From positions 13,421,864 to 13,485,863 of the forward strand of contig CM082583.2 in NCBI GenBank assembly GCA_040954595.2: DNA of 64,000 bases. Reading direction: 5' to 3'. The stretch is from Balanoglossus misakiensis (lineage: Eukaryota > Animalia > Hemichordata). The translations under genes were made by a program, and so were the position numbers. Below, piece by piece: positions 13,101 to 28,100 of this stretch; position 1 is the first letter of the stretch; every line of letters starts with the position of its first letter. The notes beneath the pieces were generated by a model. It searched no databases, was not told the DNA's origin, and saw only the letters and a program-made list of their open reading frames with translations.

Positions 13101-16100
13101 CCATGTAAAACTTGGATGACTTCATCGTGTTTGAGTACACTGAATAATCTGTCCAGCAAAATCTTGAGTCGAGTGGGAATGGCTTGTGTTCCATACAGAA
13201 TTAAACTGCCAATGTCAAACACGATGTTGAATTGAACCACTTCCACTTGAAATGATGGATACAGATGCCGGGTGCTGAGTTTGTCCAAGGCTGTAGGGAA
13301 GACACACTAAGGCCTAAGTGGCGCGAGTCACGACGAATCAAGTCTTGGGTCTCATAACCATGCATGCAGCTAATATTACTTTTGTTCCTTAAAGAAGTAA
13401 GCCATTAGCTGCTAAGACAGACAGCTCATGCAAGCTAACATGTTTAATACATAGACAGCAAACCAACACAACAGAACAGAGGTCAACAGAAGGGCAAGTT
13501 CATGCGGTACATGTATTGGTCACAATGCAGCATATCCAAGTTCATGGCGTAAGATAGATTAATATATGATCAGCTAACTCAAAGCAGCAACATTTGACTT
13601 CTACACTACAGACTCTTTGGTATTTGGTAATGTCACATTACAACCATGGTCAGGTAGACGGGTTGAAACAGACAGAAACAGATGAAAAGTTGTAACCTCT
13701 TTACGGCCCGTACACATCTTCATCAACCTATTCTCTTTTCACACCCATTTTTATATATTTCTATCAACTTGACTAGGAAATTGTACATCATGCCAGCTCT
13801 CATGATGCAACTTGAAAACCAACCACCACAACTTCATACCTAAGATATTACCGTATCATATTCCTATTGATCCATTTCTCTGAATAAATTGAGGTATTCT
13901 GAGGTACTGAATATAGTATTCTTGGACAAAATTAGCTCATGATAAACAAGAAAAATTTCCTTTATTTCAACATTAACATAAAATAGTCACAAAGTTCTGG
14001 ATTCTCTTTGAGTCTACATGCATTGAGTGACAGAGAAAACACAAAACAGTTGTTATACAGTGACAGTAGATGAAAATGGAACTTGAATGTCCATTTTGAT
14101 CAATTTAAACTGTGACAATAACACTGGCATTGACCCCATGGTAATGAAATGGACAGGTCAGAATTAACAGAAAGCTTTGTACTTGTCCTTGCGCAGAATA
14201 TTACTGGCCTCAAGGTGGCAGGCAACATAAAATTCATAAGATGTGGGCTTCCATCGAACTGTAAACGTTAAATGTGTCGAAACCCCACTTGACATACTTC
14301 TGTATCAATGATTTCGACAGCTTTGTCTTGTTGATAAATCGCATACTACAAACCTCATGCATGCTTTATACCCATGAGGGCGCAGAAATTATCTACATAC
14401 ATGAGGATTTACCACATATTGATAATGACAGAAATAGTTTTTTTTTAATTTTCTGGTGTTTATACCAAGAATGCTAATATTCATGTTGATCAAATAGATG
14501 CTAGCTTTTGTCTGCCATTTCCTTTTTGCATGATTTGACACAGAAGCAGAACGGCATATAAATCACAATAATACTACAGAGATTGAACCCACATACTGTT
14601 ATAGGGTGTCAAGTCATAATTCCTGGCTTAGTTTATGAGACATTGCTACAACACATGCTGTAATTCACTCTTCCAGTTGTGCTAGATGACTAATTTCCTC
14701 AAACAAATCAAGTCTGCACCAATAGAAATTATGATTTACAACAGCAGAGCTGAACCACAGACAACTGAGTAGGACAGCTCTGATGGTGAGTGATCACGAT
14801 CCCGCCTTAGCCACAGTAAATATGAGACGCAGCACTGCATGGCAGGGCAGTAAAGACAGTTAATCTGCAGACGATTCCTACCTACCACGATCCATCAATT
14901 AGATGCTTTTAAATGGGTGTTGACAAAGCCACAATGACAAGTTCTTTTCTGAAAGGGTCTCGGATCAGAGAAGGATTTAAGTCCGGCCTAACATACATCA
15001 CTGCAGAGAGCTGTAGAGCTGACGACTGGAAAGCCTTCTTAAACCCTGTACATGTACGCAGACGTCCCATCACAGCCACTCATGACATACCTAATATTTG
15101 TGCGGGATTCATTGGGGACAAACATGTTAAAAGAACTACAAATGGAAGGGACATAAAATCAATTTACCTAATCACAGGGGCATTCCAATGTCAGGGGTCA
15201 ATTTTTTAACTAAATTGCCAGCATACACAAGGAAGTCCTTGGACAGTTTCAAAGGAAACGACTTGAAGCACTGCACGAATTGGATGATATCTTATGCATA
15301 CTAATCTAAGAGTTGTCAGTGAGAAGACATACAGTGCCAATGATTCATGTGATCTCAAGGCACACGCTGCCATTTGCTGTGTTGGCTCGGAATTCACCAG
15401 CGCTAACTCTATTATCGAAATCTGAGTGAAAGTTTACATATTATCTGCTCATAATCTTCAGATGTATTTTCATTCCATCTGATCTCTCTCTGGGCAGACC
15501 TTTGAATATATATATACCTTGCAGCGATCCCACTTAACTGCAACTTCTCAGTGATTTCGTCTTTTGGAGAGGTACAAAGACCTTAAATTAATATGATTAT
15601 GTCATCGAGATTTCATTTCAGAACTACATATCTAAATTTCATGAGTGCAGATATAACATGTATAATAAGATCAGACAATTTTGCGGGTAAATCACCAGAA
15701 TGGAAATTCATTCTCACTGCTCAGATGCATCTTATCTGAAATTGTGAATTTTGGCGAAATTGCAATGTTGAGTGCAGCGCCATCTAAAAGTACAGCAAAC
15801 TTGTTTGAAAGCTGACATCGATGAGACTGGCAAAACAGTTTTTCGGAGATTTTCAGTTTATGTGTCGTTATCAGTAAGAAATATAATTTGAGAGAAGTTG
15901 AACTGTTTATACGCAAGGCTAGAAAGAGAGGGAGATTGTCAACTCCCTTTAGCTACACTCACAGCATTCACAGCTGTTTCTCTTATTTGTGTCACTTGAG
16001 TAAGACCAGCCATTTTGTGTCATGACATGCTGCATTTTTGTGTGACATGGCGCATCCACTTATCAACCCGCACCTCCTATATCACTATGAAGAACACAGT

Positions 16101-19100
16101 TATCTGTGTGATATGCACTGATGTCACTAGTTGAACCACTGACCTGGAAAATTGTGAGGCAGCATCAGGAATGCTACTGTATATTTTCACACGCATTTCA
16201 GATCATTCAGCAGGATTTGTGAAATCATATCACCAACTGTTTGTTGATTTAGAAATAATTCCCCATCCAACAAATTGGATAAATTTAACCAGATTATTAT
16301 CCAAGAAGATTAAAGCTATATATGCCTACATGTAGATCTAAAATATGAAAATATCTCCACAAAGTGAACATGAAAATGAAATTTGATTTTTTGAAGATCT
16401 TACAGGAGTTTTAAATTTATTCTTTAATTCTAGTGATCAGAAGTTTGCATCTCACTGCTCATCTCTGAAATGTTGGCATCCTTCTATTGTTTTCACTGTG
16501 GGTTATTGTAATTCAGGAATACATGGAGGGAGGGGAAGGGCAAAAACCCAAGCTTGAATATGTTCTCCTGGCTGTACATAGTGACAGGGTAGGTAAAACA
16601 CTGTACACGAATGCTGAAGAAAATTCTGTTCTCTGGTTTCTTCAGTTAAATGTGTAAATATTATTCCCCAAATCGTTGCTTAACTGCCATTTACTACACA
16701 TTTGTCTTCTACAGCTTGTGTCTTGAGACAATTTTGTTTGCAAAGCAAAGATTGTGTTTAAATCAAATTGTTTATCACTAGCACAAATGCACATGTTAAA
16801 GGTTGTAGTCTTTTTCGGAAAGTTCAAAGGCCTTCGCAAAGTTGCTTGGAACACATGTCATGTCTGTCATACAGACAAATAAACATATCCTGGCCACATG
16901 TTTGTCTGATGCCGGAGTAGGAGTAAATAATGTCATGATTTTGAAAAAGCGTAATACACGAAGCCACACAGTGTGACTGCATTTTCATTGCTAACTTTAC
17001 CACATTGGCTATCACATCTTATATGTGTAAATAGATTAACAACATACAGATAGATGCAAAAAAATTTTGAGACAAATATATTACCATGCAGGATGGTATG
17101 AAGGCAGTAAACTGTAATGTGCCAGTGACTTGAAAGGGACCATTGAGCTCTATGGACAGAGAAAACCTCTGTGTGTGTGTGTATGTGTGTGTGTGAGCAC
17201 TACAAAAGGTGTTTGAGTGGTTGAACTGAATGGCTGGATGTCTAACGGAAAACATGAATGGTAATTGTTGCAATGGAGTACTAGAAGATCCTAACCCAGG
17301 GACACTTAAACATTTTTACACTGGAATGGAGTTAACATTACAACAATGCCACAGATGTTAACAGCAGATGTTATTAGACTAGTGGTAAGATCTGTCTGCT
17401 TTTCAGAGGCTTTTCAGTCCTAGTATCCTGGGTCATGATCGGCATGTAACAGCTGTTCAGGATAGTGGTCCACGTGAATATACCACTGTTCACTGTTCTC
17501 ATTTGCAAGCAAAATGAGGGAAAGAACCAGTGATGGTTCTAATGCAATTGATCCTCCAGCATAGCCGTACATGTACCAATAGCTTCAACTTTCCCCACAT
17601 ATGTGAAAGTGCAATTGTCATTGTGGTGAATTCAAACAGGGTTTTATGGCCGGTCTCCAGACAACTACTACTTGGAGAATTTACATGTAATGTCGTGAAA
17701 GCTCTGCTAGCTATGAACTAACATTCAAGATGTATGAGACTTGTTAAACTTCAGCCCACTGCATGTTGCATAGCTATGATGATGACAAAGAATCTCATGA
17801 GATCCTGATTTCAGATTCAGTGACAAACATGACATTCATGGGGTAAATATGGACAGCAATCTCTAAAGCCACAAAATGACACTCAACCAAACCATAAAAA
17901 GCATGCATGAAATTTCATTCATAATGACACTGAATACCAAACGCAGCAGTGGACACGTTTTGAATGACGAAACATCTCGTTAAATAAGTCGTGATCATGA
18001 AAATACTTGGTGATTTTATATGCCATATTTATGACAGTTAACATTGCTTGACCAAAACAACATACTAGATTACAAACCACATACCAGCATTCTGTCAACT
18101 GTATGGCACTCTGACTGAATTCTTCATGCTTTATGTTGGTCAATGATGGGATAAATAATATGGTTTCAACTTGAGTAATATGTATTTGAAGAGTTTTTAT
18201 TGCTTTTTTTGCATTCCATATAAAATTTCCAACAACAAAAAACCAGTTGGACAGTGTATTACATTTAACTTAAGTTGTGAATCACCTGAAAATTGATGTG
18301 TACAATAAGATGTGAAGAGTTCCAAGCGAGCAATTCGCTATACTAACAAATCAACATGGCTATGAATATCGATAGCTTGGGGAAATGTTTTGGATCCAGC
18401 AATATTTCTTCTATCGGTATTTGCAATTTTGAAAAGTGGTGTGGCATAAGACCTATTGGGTACAAACTCAATAAACTTGTACTGAATCATAGAAAGAGCT
18501 TGAGAAATTGCCAGCAATGCACAAGCCATGGATCATGTCAGTACACATGGTAGAGTGGTTGTCACTAGGGGAAAGGTCATGTCAGGTACCCATGATGACA
18601 TACCTGGGTTTCTGCTCATTAAAGCTAATTTACAATCTGAGAGCAGACACCAAGATTAGGTGTGGTGTGACAACCTCTTGACAATATCAATAGATTTATG
18701 TTTTCCTCAACTAATTAGGAGAATGGCATACATGGATACTCATGATACTATCATGTAGAGTCACAAAACATTTTCAAATCTGATGCCACTGTTTTTGATA
18801 TGGAACAAATGGTCAAACGGAGAGATTTTTCAAGATCAATGGCTGATTGAAGAGTGTTCATAATATGGGTCCTTTTACTGTGATAGTCATTTTACACCTT
18901 GATAAGAAAAATACATAGTGTGCCAGGATGCAGACAAATTTGTTGCCTAATATTGTTTTAAAACAGTTCTATTCAGAGCAAAGTGACTAATTCTTGCGGT
19001 CATTTCAACTTTAATGATAGCAGAAAATGATATTGGTATTCTGGTCACGACTTACAAATGTACCTCATACAGTACAAACATCAACATGTGTTTTTGTGGT

Positions 19101-22100
19101 TCTGGGTAACAGGCAACATTGTCTGCATATCTGAGTAATTTGACATGGCTTATACTGCTGACACATTTCCCAGTGCGAAACAGGGCAATGTTGCAAAAAT
19201 CAATTCAGCTGCTATTTACACTAGGGAATAATTATCTAACTCTCTAATTTGCGACCAAAAATAAATGAACCGTTGTGTTAAAAAATACCAAAAATTTACC
19301 GAAATGCGGTTCAGTGGTGTTTTATTTAATGTTGTTCAGATTGGAAAGTGTTGAAATGGCAGGAAGGCATGAAGCTGTATAATCTAGTCCTTACTTCTCG
19401 GTAAATTAAGCCTCCTGATATTTTGTCGGTCCTTGGTGTCATGAAACTAACAAAACTTTCTAATTAAAAAAGTCTATATGACAGGTTCAGTCAGACCTGT
19501 CTAATCCACTAATACACAAGGGATATTTCTTGGATTCATGCAGATACTTTGTAGGAAAAACAGAAAAGGGAAGAACATTGTACAGTTTTAACAAGGGCAC
19601 TGTTCCACATTTATGTGAGGTTGTGATGCGTCCTTTCTTCTTGTAGTAAGTTATCTATAATCCATTTGCATTCCTAGGACTTTTGAAATTTCCAGTTACA
19701 TGTCTGTTTTCATTTTTTTCAATTTAGGACCACATACACATGTATATATATCCTTTGTAGGATATTATAAAGTAGACACACAAAAATCAATATATTACCA
19801 GATGATGATTTGCTGGCATGCCCTTATTAGCATGTCAGCAGCCAATCAAAACTGATGATGCCAAAACCACCAATCTTGGAGATGGGGTAACTTTTTTTCT
19901 TGTTGAGATTACAAAAGTGAGGCTTGAAGCTATTTCTAAGTCAATTTATGGATCATATTTCATATTCTATTTTACGATATTTCCTGAAAACAGGACATGA
20001 ATCACTGAAATGTGGCTAGGGAAGATAACATAATATACTTCTATTTTTAAAACAGTTCATATTGCCTTCTGGCAATTTGTATTAAAACAGCTTCATTGGT
20101 TGGCTTTCAGAAAAAGCTTATTTATTTCTCAACAGAAACAGTGATTTGTCCAAGTGGAATCTATCAGTCGTTTTTTTGACACATCATTACTATTTACACT
20201 AATCATAACCCTACATCATTAAACTTTGTCAGTCTGCATTCCAACAGTAATAGTTCACTCCAAAATGTCCCTTACACACGGATTGGTCTAAAACGACATT
20301 GCAATGGATACATCACACACCTATGAACAGATGATTTGTACTCTTTCAAAACAAAAGAGATTGTTTTTGTGCATGACTAGCTCAGAGACCCTTATCTTGC
20401 TCAGTTAGGAATGTTCATCTTGGAATTATTCTCAAAAGTAAAATTTCCTGTCAGAACAAGTAAATCACAGACACTATGATGAGACATTAGACAAATGAAC
20501 GGACAACTTGTCATCAAATACAAGAGAATTATGGGTGTGTATAATATTTCATTCATTTGAAAGGACAGAGAGTATATGGTCAAGCATAAATAAGTTTGGT
20601 TGGAAGTAACTATTGATCAAAAGCTACATATGGGAATACTGTGTACTGACATACAGCTGGCATTATCACACAATACCAGAATATCAATGAAGATTGTTGT
20701 CATTGACTCATGTGTATTACTGGTCTTTATAAATGCATTTGCAGATAGAATGTTGTAAAAGAGCATGAAGTTATGAACGAAAGCAAATGCTTTGGATTTT
20801 TACAATCATAATACAAATCTTATCCTTCGCCTGACATAGCAAAACCTGCTGGACTCTCAAACTTAACAAGGTGTCATGAAGTCGACTCCACATCAAAACC
20901 CAGCAGACAGAACAAAAACAGTACACAGCCATCAAACCAACTATCAAACAGGACTTGATACGGGGAGGGTAAACAACAGCAAGGCCACAACACAAAAAAC
21001 TTAAGAGCGAGCATGGAGACCAAGGATAGCAGAGAACAGCAGGCTACCTACCATGGGCTACCCAGCCATGCTTACACTGGTCACATGTCCGTATATGCAC
21101 TTTTCCCGGAGCAAAACATTCACATGTACAATTTGGCAGTGTACAGCGGATCGCCTGCAATAAAGATAAAAATATATACATGTATATAAATAGTGATTGA
21201 CAAAACTTGCTGGTTAAGACTTTAATAACATTTACAGTCATTTTTTAAATAGTGAGAACACCTCATACCTCCTTAATATAAACAACAAAATGAATACCGT
21301 CTTTCTTGAAGTAGAAGTACTTTGCGTGATTACATGGAGTATCAACTGTCTCTATCATATCTGTATATTGAGAAAACTCTAAACCACACTTGTGTTGCAT
21401 TTGCCTTTCCCCACCTATCAATTACAGCAAATAATCTACATTTAATGAAATAAAATAAACACTTTTATCTACATTTGACCTCAAAGAATGACCTTTCCAA
21501 ACACATTCTCCTAACGGAGATATCTCCGCCTGTAAAACTCCTGATTGAATGTTTTTTTGTTTAATTTGCAGAGACGTTTAATGTAACCAATTCAGACATT
21601 TAGTTTTCCTTAACATTGAAATAGTGTGTCTTTAATGCTCTGGTCAATTAAAAGACATGTTCCCTTGGGTAAGGGCTTGCAGGAAATTTTAAAAGAAAAA
21701 AATGCTGTCAGTCTGTTGAATTTGACTATATCCATCTTGTACTCATCTGACTGATCTTGGTCCTGTTGTAATGTGAGAATAACCATGACGACAACTGGAA
21801 TGTCCTTTTGATGTTGATGTGAAAGTGGACCTTTCATTTTTCATGAAAAAAAGCAACAACTTTTTGAAGTGGGATTTAGGTCCATTGTAGCATTTGTGGC
21901 AGATATGGTAATTTACCATCAATTTTTGTGAACCAGACTCCTTGATCCTTCTGGCGTTGCAAATCTGGAATTGCCATTCTCTACCTCATCCATAGAAAAC
22001 GGAACTGTTTGGGGAAAGATGCACTGCCATTTATACCACACAATCAGTCTCATACATTGATATCTGATATGACTTCGCCATTCTTGTGCCTCAAATGTCA

Positions 22101-25100
22101 AAGAATTTCCCTTTGGGAAGTAAAACAGAATCTTCACATGAATATTTTGAAAGATTTTACATTTATGTAAGAACATTTTTCTGGCTACAGATTACTGTGG
22201 TATCCAGTGTGCCCTTGGATGACCTTCAATTCAATACAGCAAAGTTAGTGTCCCAGAAAAACACAACCTGTTCACTTCTGTTAATGTACCATCTGTTCAT
22301 TTGGTTTGATCAACCAGTGTATTAGCAGTAGAACCTGTGCCACTACAAAAGTACTAAGGGGAAGAGAGACTGGAACTAACACAATAATGGACGGGATAGT
22401 TATCTCTTGTGATAACTTGTTAAAATTAATGTTCACAGGTTTGTCATAAGGCCTTGGAAGGAAACATTTAGGGAGGGAGGGAGAGAGAGACAGACAAGGG
22501 GATAGAGAAAGGAGAGAGAGAGGGGGGGGGAAGGACAGAGGAGAGGAGAGAGAGATTGCATTTCTGAAAAGGATGGCTGAACCGAATGATAAGTGATCAG
22601 TTGCATAGAACTGTACCTGAGAGACTAGGCCAGCATAATGGACCAGTATTCTTTAATTCAAAATGGAAATCAGAGATAACATGTCCATTCCATTACAAAT
22701 TACCCCAGAAACATCATCAGATGCTGAGAACAAAAATCCCTTTCTGTGACTATTAAAGTTTTAAATGCATTCCTTTGAGGAAGACAATGAAACTAATCTG
22801 GACGACTAAATGAAAGAAATCTTTGTCTCAACTTTGACTGGTGGAACCAATCACACTTAATGTTGTATCTGTGAGGAGCAAAGAAACCTATTTCAGGATA
22901 GCTTGTTGTATGATTTGAGTTTCTGGTGGTGCAGCCCTTTATACATGGTACAAGAAAATTGATGTTTGTGTACATCTTGACTGCGATATAGTAGTCATTG
23001 TTCCTGATCTAGCCTGACAAAAACAATATATGCTTTATTATTACTATAAATTTTGAGAAAAAAATAACCAATTGTCTACATGTCCACAAGTGATGGTTTG
23101 TTAGGCAAGCTTACTTAACAGTGTTCATGTGTGTATAAACTCATAAATATGAATAAATAAATATAAGTATGTAAGTTTTTTAAATATACTATACATGTCA
23201 GAGAAAACCACACACCATGTAGCTCTGTTTTGACTTCCTGTCATGCGGTCTTTTTTGACATATCATTTTATTCATTCTATTTTGAGACAAAAATGTGTGG
23301 GCAATGCTGTGACTTCACTGTTTATTTGCAAGGGATGGGTCACTTTGCAAAGGATATACATAGCAACTGAGATAATTGGGTGGACAGAATGACAAGAAAA
23401 TTGTGTATTCTTTTTCCATTTGCATGTGATCCATGCTTCGAACATGCAAGTTTCACGAACAAACCTTACAAGGTTTGCATAGGCAGAAATGTCAAATCAG
23501 CTTTTTCATGAGAAATGAGCAAGTATGCTCCGCATGTTGAAAGAACAAGGGAGGAAAGTTTCTACTTGAAAAAGAAAATTGAATCTGAATCTGAATGACA
23601 ACATTCCACAATTTCACACAATACAATCAGTGTCGGCGTGCATTTCACTGTTTTAAGAAGCTACTCTGGTAATCTTCCAACGTCCATTTGAACTCTGAAT
23701 TTTGATAATGTACCCTGAAGACAAAACAACTTGAACACTCAAAGGCGTCAGAAGAAGAAAGCGAGAACTGAATGTTCAGACACACTTGAAACACAGCAGG
23801 TTTGCTCCAGACAACAGATTCTGTGTTTGTTTTAAACATAATTAGTATGTTTGGATCAAGGTTAATCATCTGCAACTGCCAAAAATGAGAGTATAAGGGG
23901 AATGAAATCACAGCCAGAAAGGGCCATGCTTTGTCTTTCACAGGGATAGCTTGGGAGTCTCCAAAGATGCCATTAAATACATTGATTTATATCCTCAACA
24001 CAAACTTCAAACATAACAATCTTAACAATAAAGCACTGAAAAAACAAATATGTATCCTCAATGTCAACATCGGGTCTTCTAAGAGCTAGGGGTTGAATGC
24101 CTACAGATGACACCACCTGACAATTGAGGGCTGCAAGAGTTACCCTATCCTCACATCTTTTGACATAACGATGTGACACTATGTGTGTGTGAACGGTGAA
24201 AATTCTCAGGGCGTAGACAGTGAATGATGGAATTTCAAAATGCGGTGGGTGGTCTCCTCATTGAAACCGATAGTCCCTGAACCACCAAGAGTCAAAAATT
24301 TTCAATTTGTATCGGCTGGTCTTCTTTTGGCAAATACACTGAAAGCCCCTGGGGTGTTGGTGGCACGACTGAACGTGTCTGCAGAGGAATGTTGATGAAA
24401 ATGAAGATTTTGACAAAAATGCTCGACCAGAGCAATGAAAATAATCAGAGCACTAAATAAGTTGGGACAAAAGACAAAGGCACATTAACTTCTTTGTGGG
24501 TGAAATGTATGTACACATATTTTGTATTGTACCCACTGGATAACTTCTCAAAATTTAATGACAAGCAACAAGAAGATTTAAGAATGTTATTTTATTTTCA
24601 TTTAAAGATCATATCTATCTTTTCTTCCTTCTTTTGGCCTATTTTTCCTTGTTTGATAAGCAGAGTTAATTGAGCAAAAGTTTTGATTGATATTTGAATC
24701 CATTGTCACAGGAAAGAATGTACTTTTTTTTATTTGTCAATGAAGAGGCCAGGACATAAGAGAGAAGCCAGCAATTGCTGGCAAAACTGGAAACCTCTTT
24801 GTAACTAACTCTGTACACAGACTGTGCAAGTCCGAAGTTGACTCAAGTGAGGAAATAAGTGCAATCAACTGTTGCATGAAACATTGGTGCCATGCTAGAG
24901 ATCCTGGAGTGGAAAGCGAACAGCTTGACTGGAATCAGATGCGATGCAAAGATGGTCCTTGCCTCCGTCAACAAGCATGACATCTCCACGGCAACCAATG
25001 AAACTCTACCATGACGACAAGCTGTGCCAAATCAGTGAGAGCATGCAAGAGAGCTGGTGTCATGATCTTATTTGATATGCCGTCAATATGGGAGCTCATA

Positions 25101-28100
25101 GTAATGGCCTATGGTGTAGTGTTACTCACTGTTACACTTAACAGTCTCCTATTGAAGTTGTAGAACGGGGCAGAATTTCACCCATAAAGGGACTTTGTTT
25201 AAAATAGTACCAGCCATGGTAACACCAGCTATGTCAATGATATGACATGCATGTCTGTGTACGTGTGTGTAGCAAACTCATCCAACAGTCTCATGTGCTT
25301 TCAGCATCAACAAAAATATCGTAGCTAAAGACAAATTCTAAAGACAAAATCAGTAGCTAAAGACAAATTCTTTCATAATTATGAGACATACGACACTGAC
25401 ATAATGTTTCTTCATTTAATACTAGAAAAATGGAGTGAAGAATTCTGTCTTTACTGTGTATGAATAAAATACAGAACTGAGGTACAACAAAACAGAGGTA
25501 ATGAAGTGACATGAAAAGAACAAATGCAGGCCTGGGAAAGTAATAAACAAATAATATGGTCAATTAGCCAGGATGGTAAAGTTTAATTAACTTTTTTCGA
25601 TTCATTAAAGTTCACCATTTTGAATTTTAATGTTCTTCTACTTCCCCTGAAATACTCAGGCTACATTGGTGGGATCAGAAATGACCACGCTGATGTAGCC
25701 CAAGAATTGGTTAGTTTTGGAAGCAAAGTGAACACACACGGATAGATACTACACTACTTCTATTGTTACCACTGAAAGTTGGGCATCACCATTGATCTAA
25801 GGAGAGAAGAATTTCAAGATGTGAATTTTCCATTCCCATCTGCATCTGTTATTACTTTGATGTAATGAGTTGAAAATGCTGGCTGCAACATATACAAAGT
25901 TGAAAAAATCATGTGACCCTTGCTGACCCTTGTCAGCATAATCAAAACATACTGGAAAGTTTCAATGAACTATGTAAACCATTATTAATAATCAGAATCA
26001 AGTAAACACTTCTCTTTTCTATAGTTTTTCACAATTTTTAGGAAGACATTCTTGATTCAAGCAAAGGAGAGAAAAAGAAGCTACAACTAATTAGTGTAAG
26101 AACTGGAAACCAATTTCTTCCGTGAATGCAATGTTTAGTTTAAACCGAGGGCCACCGATAAAACAAACTATTATGGCCAACCAACCTCTCTGACCCTAAA
26201 ATTCCTATGCATTTAATTGGATCTCATTGTCTTACATGGCTGAGACATTCCAATATTTATTGAAATAGGGGTGTGCAGCTATTAAAGGTTTACATCTGTA
26301 AATATCCGGGTAAACCTGTTTAATTTTGGAAATGCTGTCATCTCTTGGAAAGCCTGACTCTCAATTCATTAAGTCTAAAATGACATGATATTCAGATTTT
26401 ATTTGAATCAGTTTAACTTAAGGGCAGGAAAGCCATGGAAATCTACAAGAACAGGAGAAAGATGGTCCCCTATGGAACAATCCTAAGATTGATTTTCAGT
26501 ATTAAGACTGCAAAGTTAAGAAGATAAAATCATCAGATCAAACCACGGTCAGGAATTAGGTGCGTATCCCCCGGGATCACCTTTTTTTACACTGATCGCT
26601 TGGATGCATTAAACAGGGCAAGACAATGCAATTGTAAATACTAAGTGGTGAACCCTCTTACATTTTCACCCATCCATGATATTGGGCTGTATAGCTAAAT
26701 GTGTTTAGTGGTATGTACAAGCAGCTTTACTACAACACAACTGTAAATACTGTGACATAAATACTGTCTTATAAGCACCTCTGATCTCGACAAGTTGTTC
26801 ATATCTTGCATTCACAAACCATAATGGTGCTCACTCAATAATATTTGTACGAGAAATGAAGCGTTAGATTTGTTCAAATATTTTCTGTAAAAACTAATAT
26901 GATAAACATCCATCTGTATTCATCATCATATGAATGAGGTTTCTTGTTTGAAAGCTCTGTTTGGTTGAAACTTTCACTATTTTTTGTTCTGTGTATCTAC
27001 CGTGGGTTCTTATCTGACTCCTTCAATTGTGAAGAAAATGCGCAGTCACCGTACACTAAACCTTTTGGTCGTAGCATGGACAGTCTCTCTCTCCATTGTC
27101 TGTGGTTTTTAGGTCATTTTACTATTTACAAACAACAAATGTTTGAACTTCTAAACCATAGTTTTCAATGTTTTATATTCATTTTGAGGAGAGGAGAAAC
27201 ATTTCCAATCCAGTAAAAGTCCACAAGTTTATTTATTTTCAGTCTCAGAAGACAAAAGCATTCTAGTTGGTAAATTTCTTGAAGTTTGGAAATAGAATTA
27301 TTTCAAACTGAATAGCCCACTTTCTTCCAAACACATTCTATACTGTCCACAGCAGAAAAAAAAGAAAGTTAAAGGCAGGAAACAGAAACAGAAAGGATAT
27401 GGAAAAAACATATCTGGATTCCACATTTCACTGATGCAAACAACAAAAATAATCCACTTCCTCCATTACTACTACCTTTTTGCCGACTGCAGTTTCATAT
27501 TTATGACATTGCTTGACTCTCCACGGATGCTAACACAACATACAAAGGAATTGTTGTGGATTTATTACTTCCAGGATAGAGAAGCCAAGAAAATATGGAA
27601 AGATGGTAGTCAGGGAAGAATATCCACACGGAAACAGTAGTCTGTTAAAATGATAAATTATAGTAATTTATGACTTCCCAATTATCAACTTGAAGGGCTA
27701 TCTACTCCCCCTTTTCCGCAAACTCTTATTTTTACTCACCTACCTTTTGATCTTCAACACCTCACTCTTTCACTCTCTCTGCTCAGTTTACATAATAAAA
27801 GACCCTATGTTTGCCACCGTAATGGCTTTATTGATTTGTTTGCTCTCTATGTTGTATAATATCAGTGGCCAAGGTTTGGTATTCAACTGACTGGCTTGTA
27901 TCTCTCATAGGTTTCATCTCTTTCCTTTGAGGATTTCACAGCTAACAAAAGAGGTCGTCTCACACTGTCCTCCATATTATCCGGAGTCAGTGTCAACCAA
28001 TGTCATTTTTTTGTTCGCCTCTCTAACAATTAGCATTCAAAACTAAAAAAAAACAGCATGATGTGGTATCTGAAACAAATTTCCAAAATTACAAAACTAT

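Noticed and set aside
25321-25371. Direct repeat GTAGCTAAAGACAAATTCT x2
   Set aside because: Looks like a local slippage duplication; nothing element-like lies between the copies.
25659-25700. Hairpin GGCTACATTGGT...GAAA...GCTGATGTAGCC with a GNRA loop
   Set aside because: Its G-U pairs work only on the + strand, which is antisense to the BNC pre-mRNA, and it is short enough to arise by chance.
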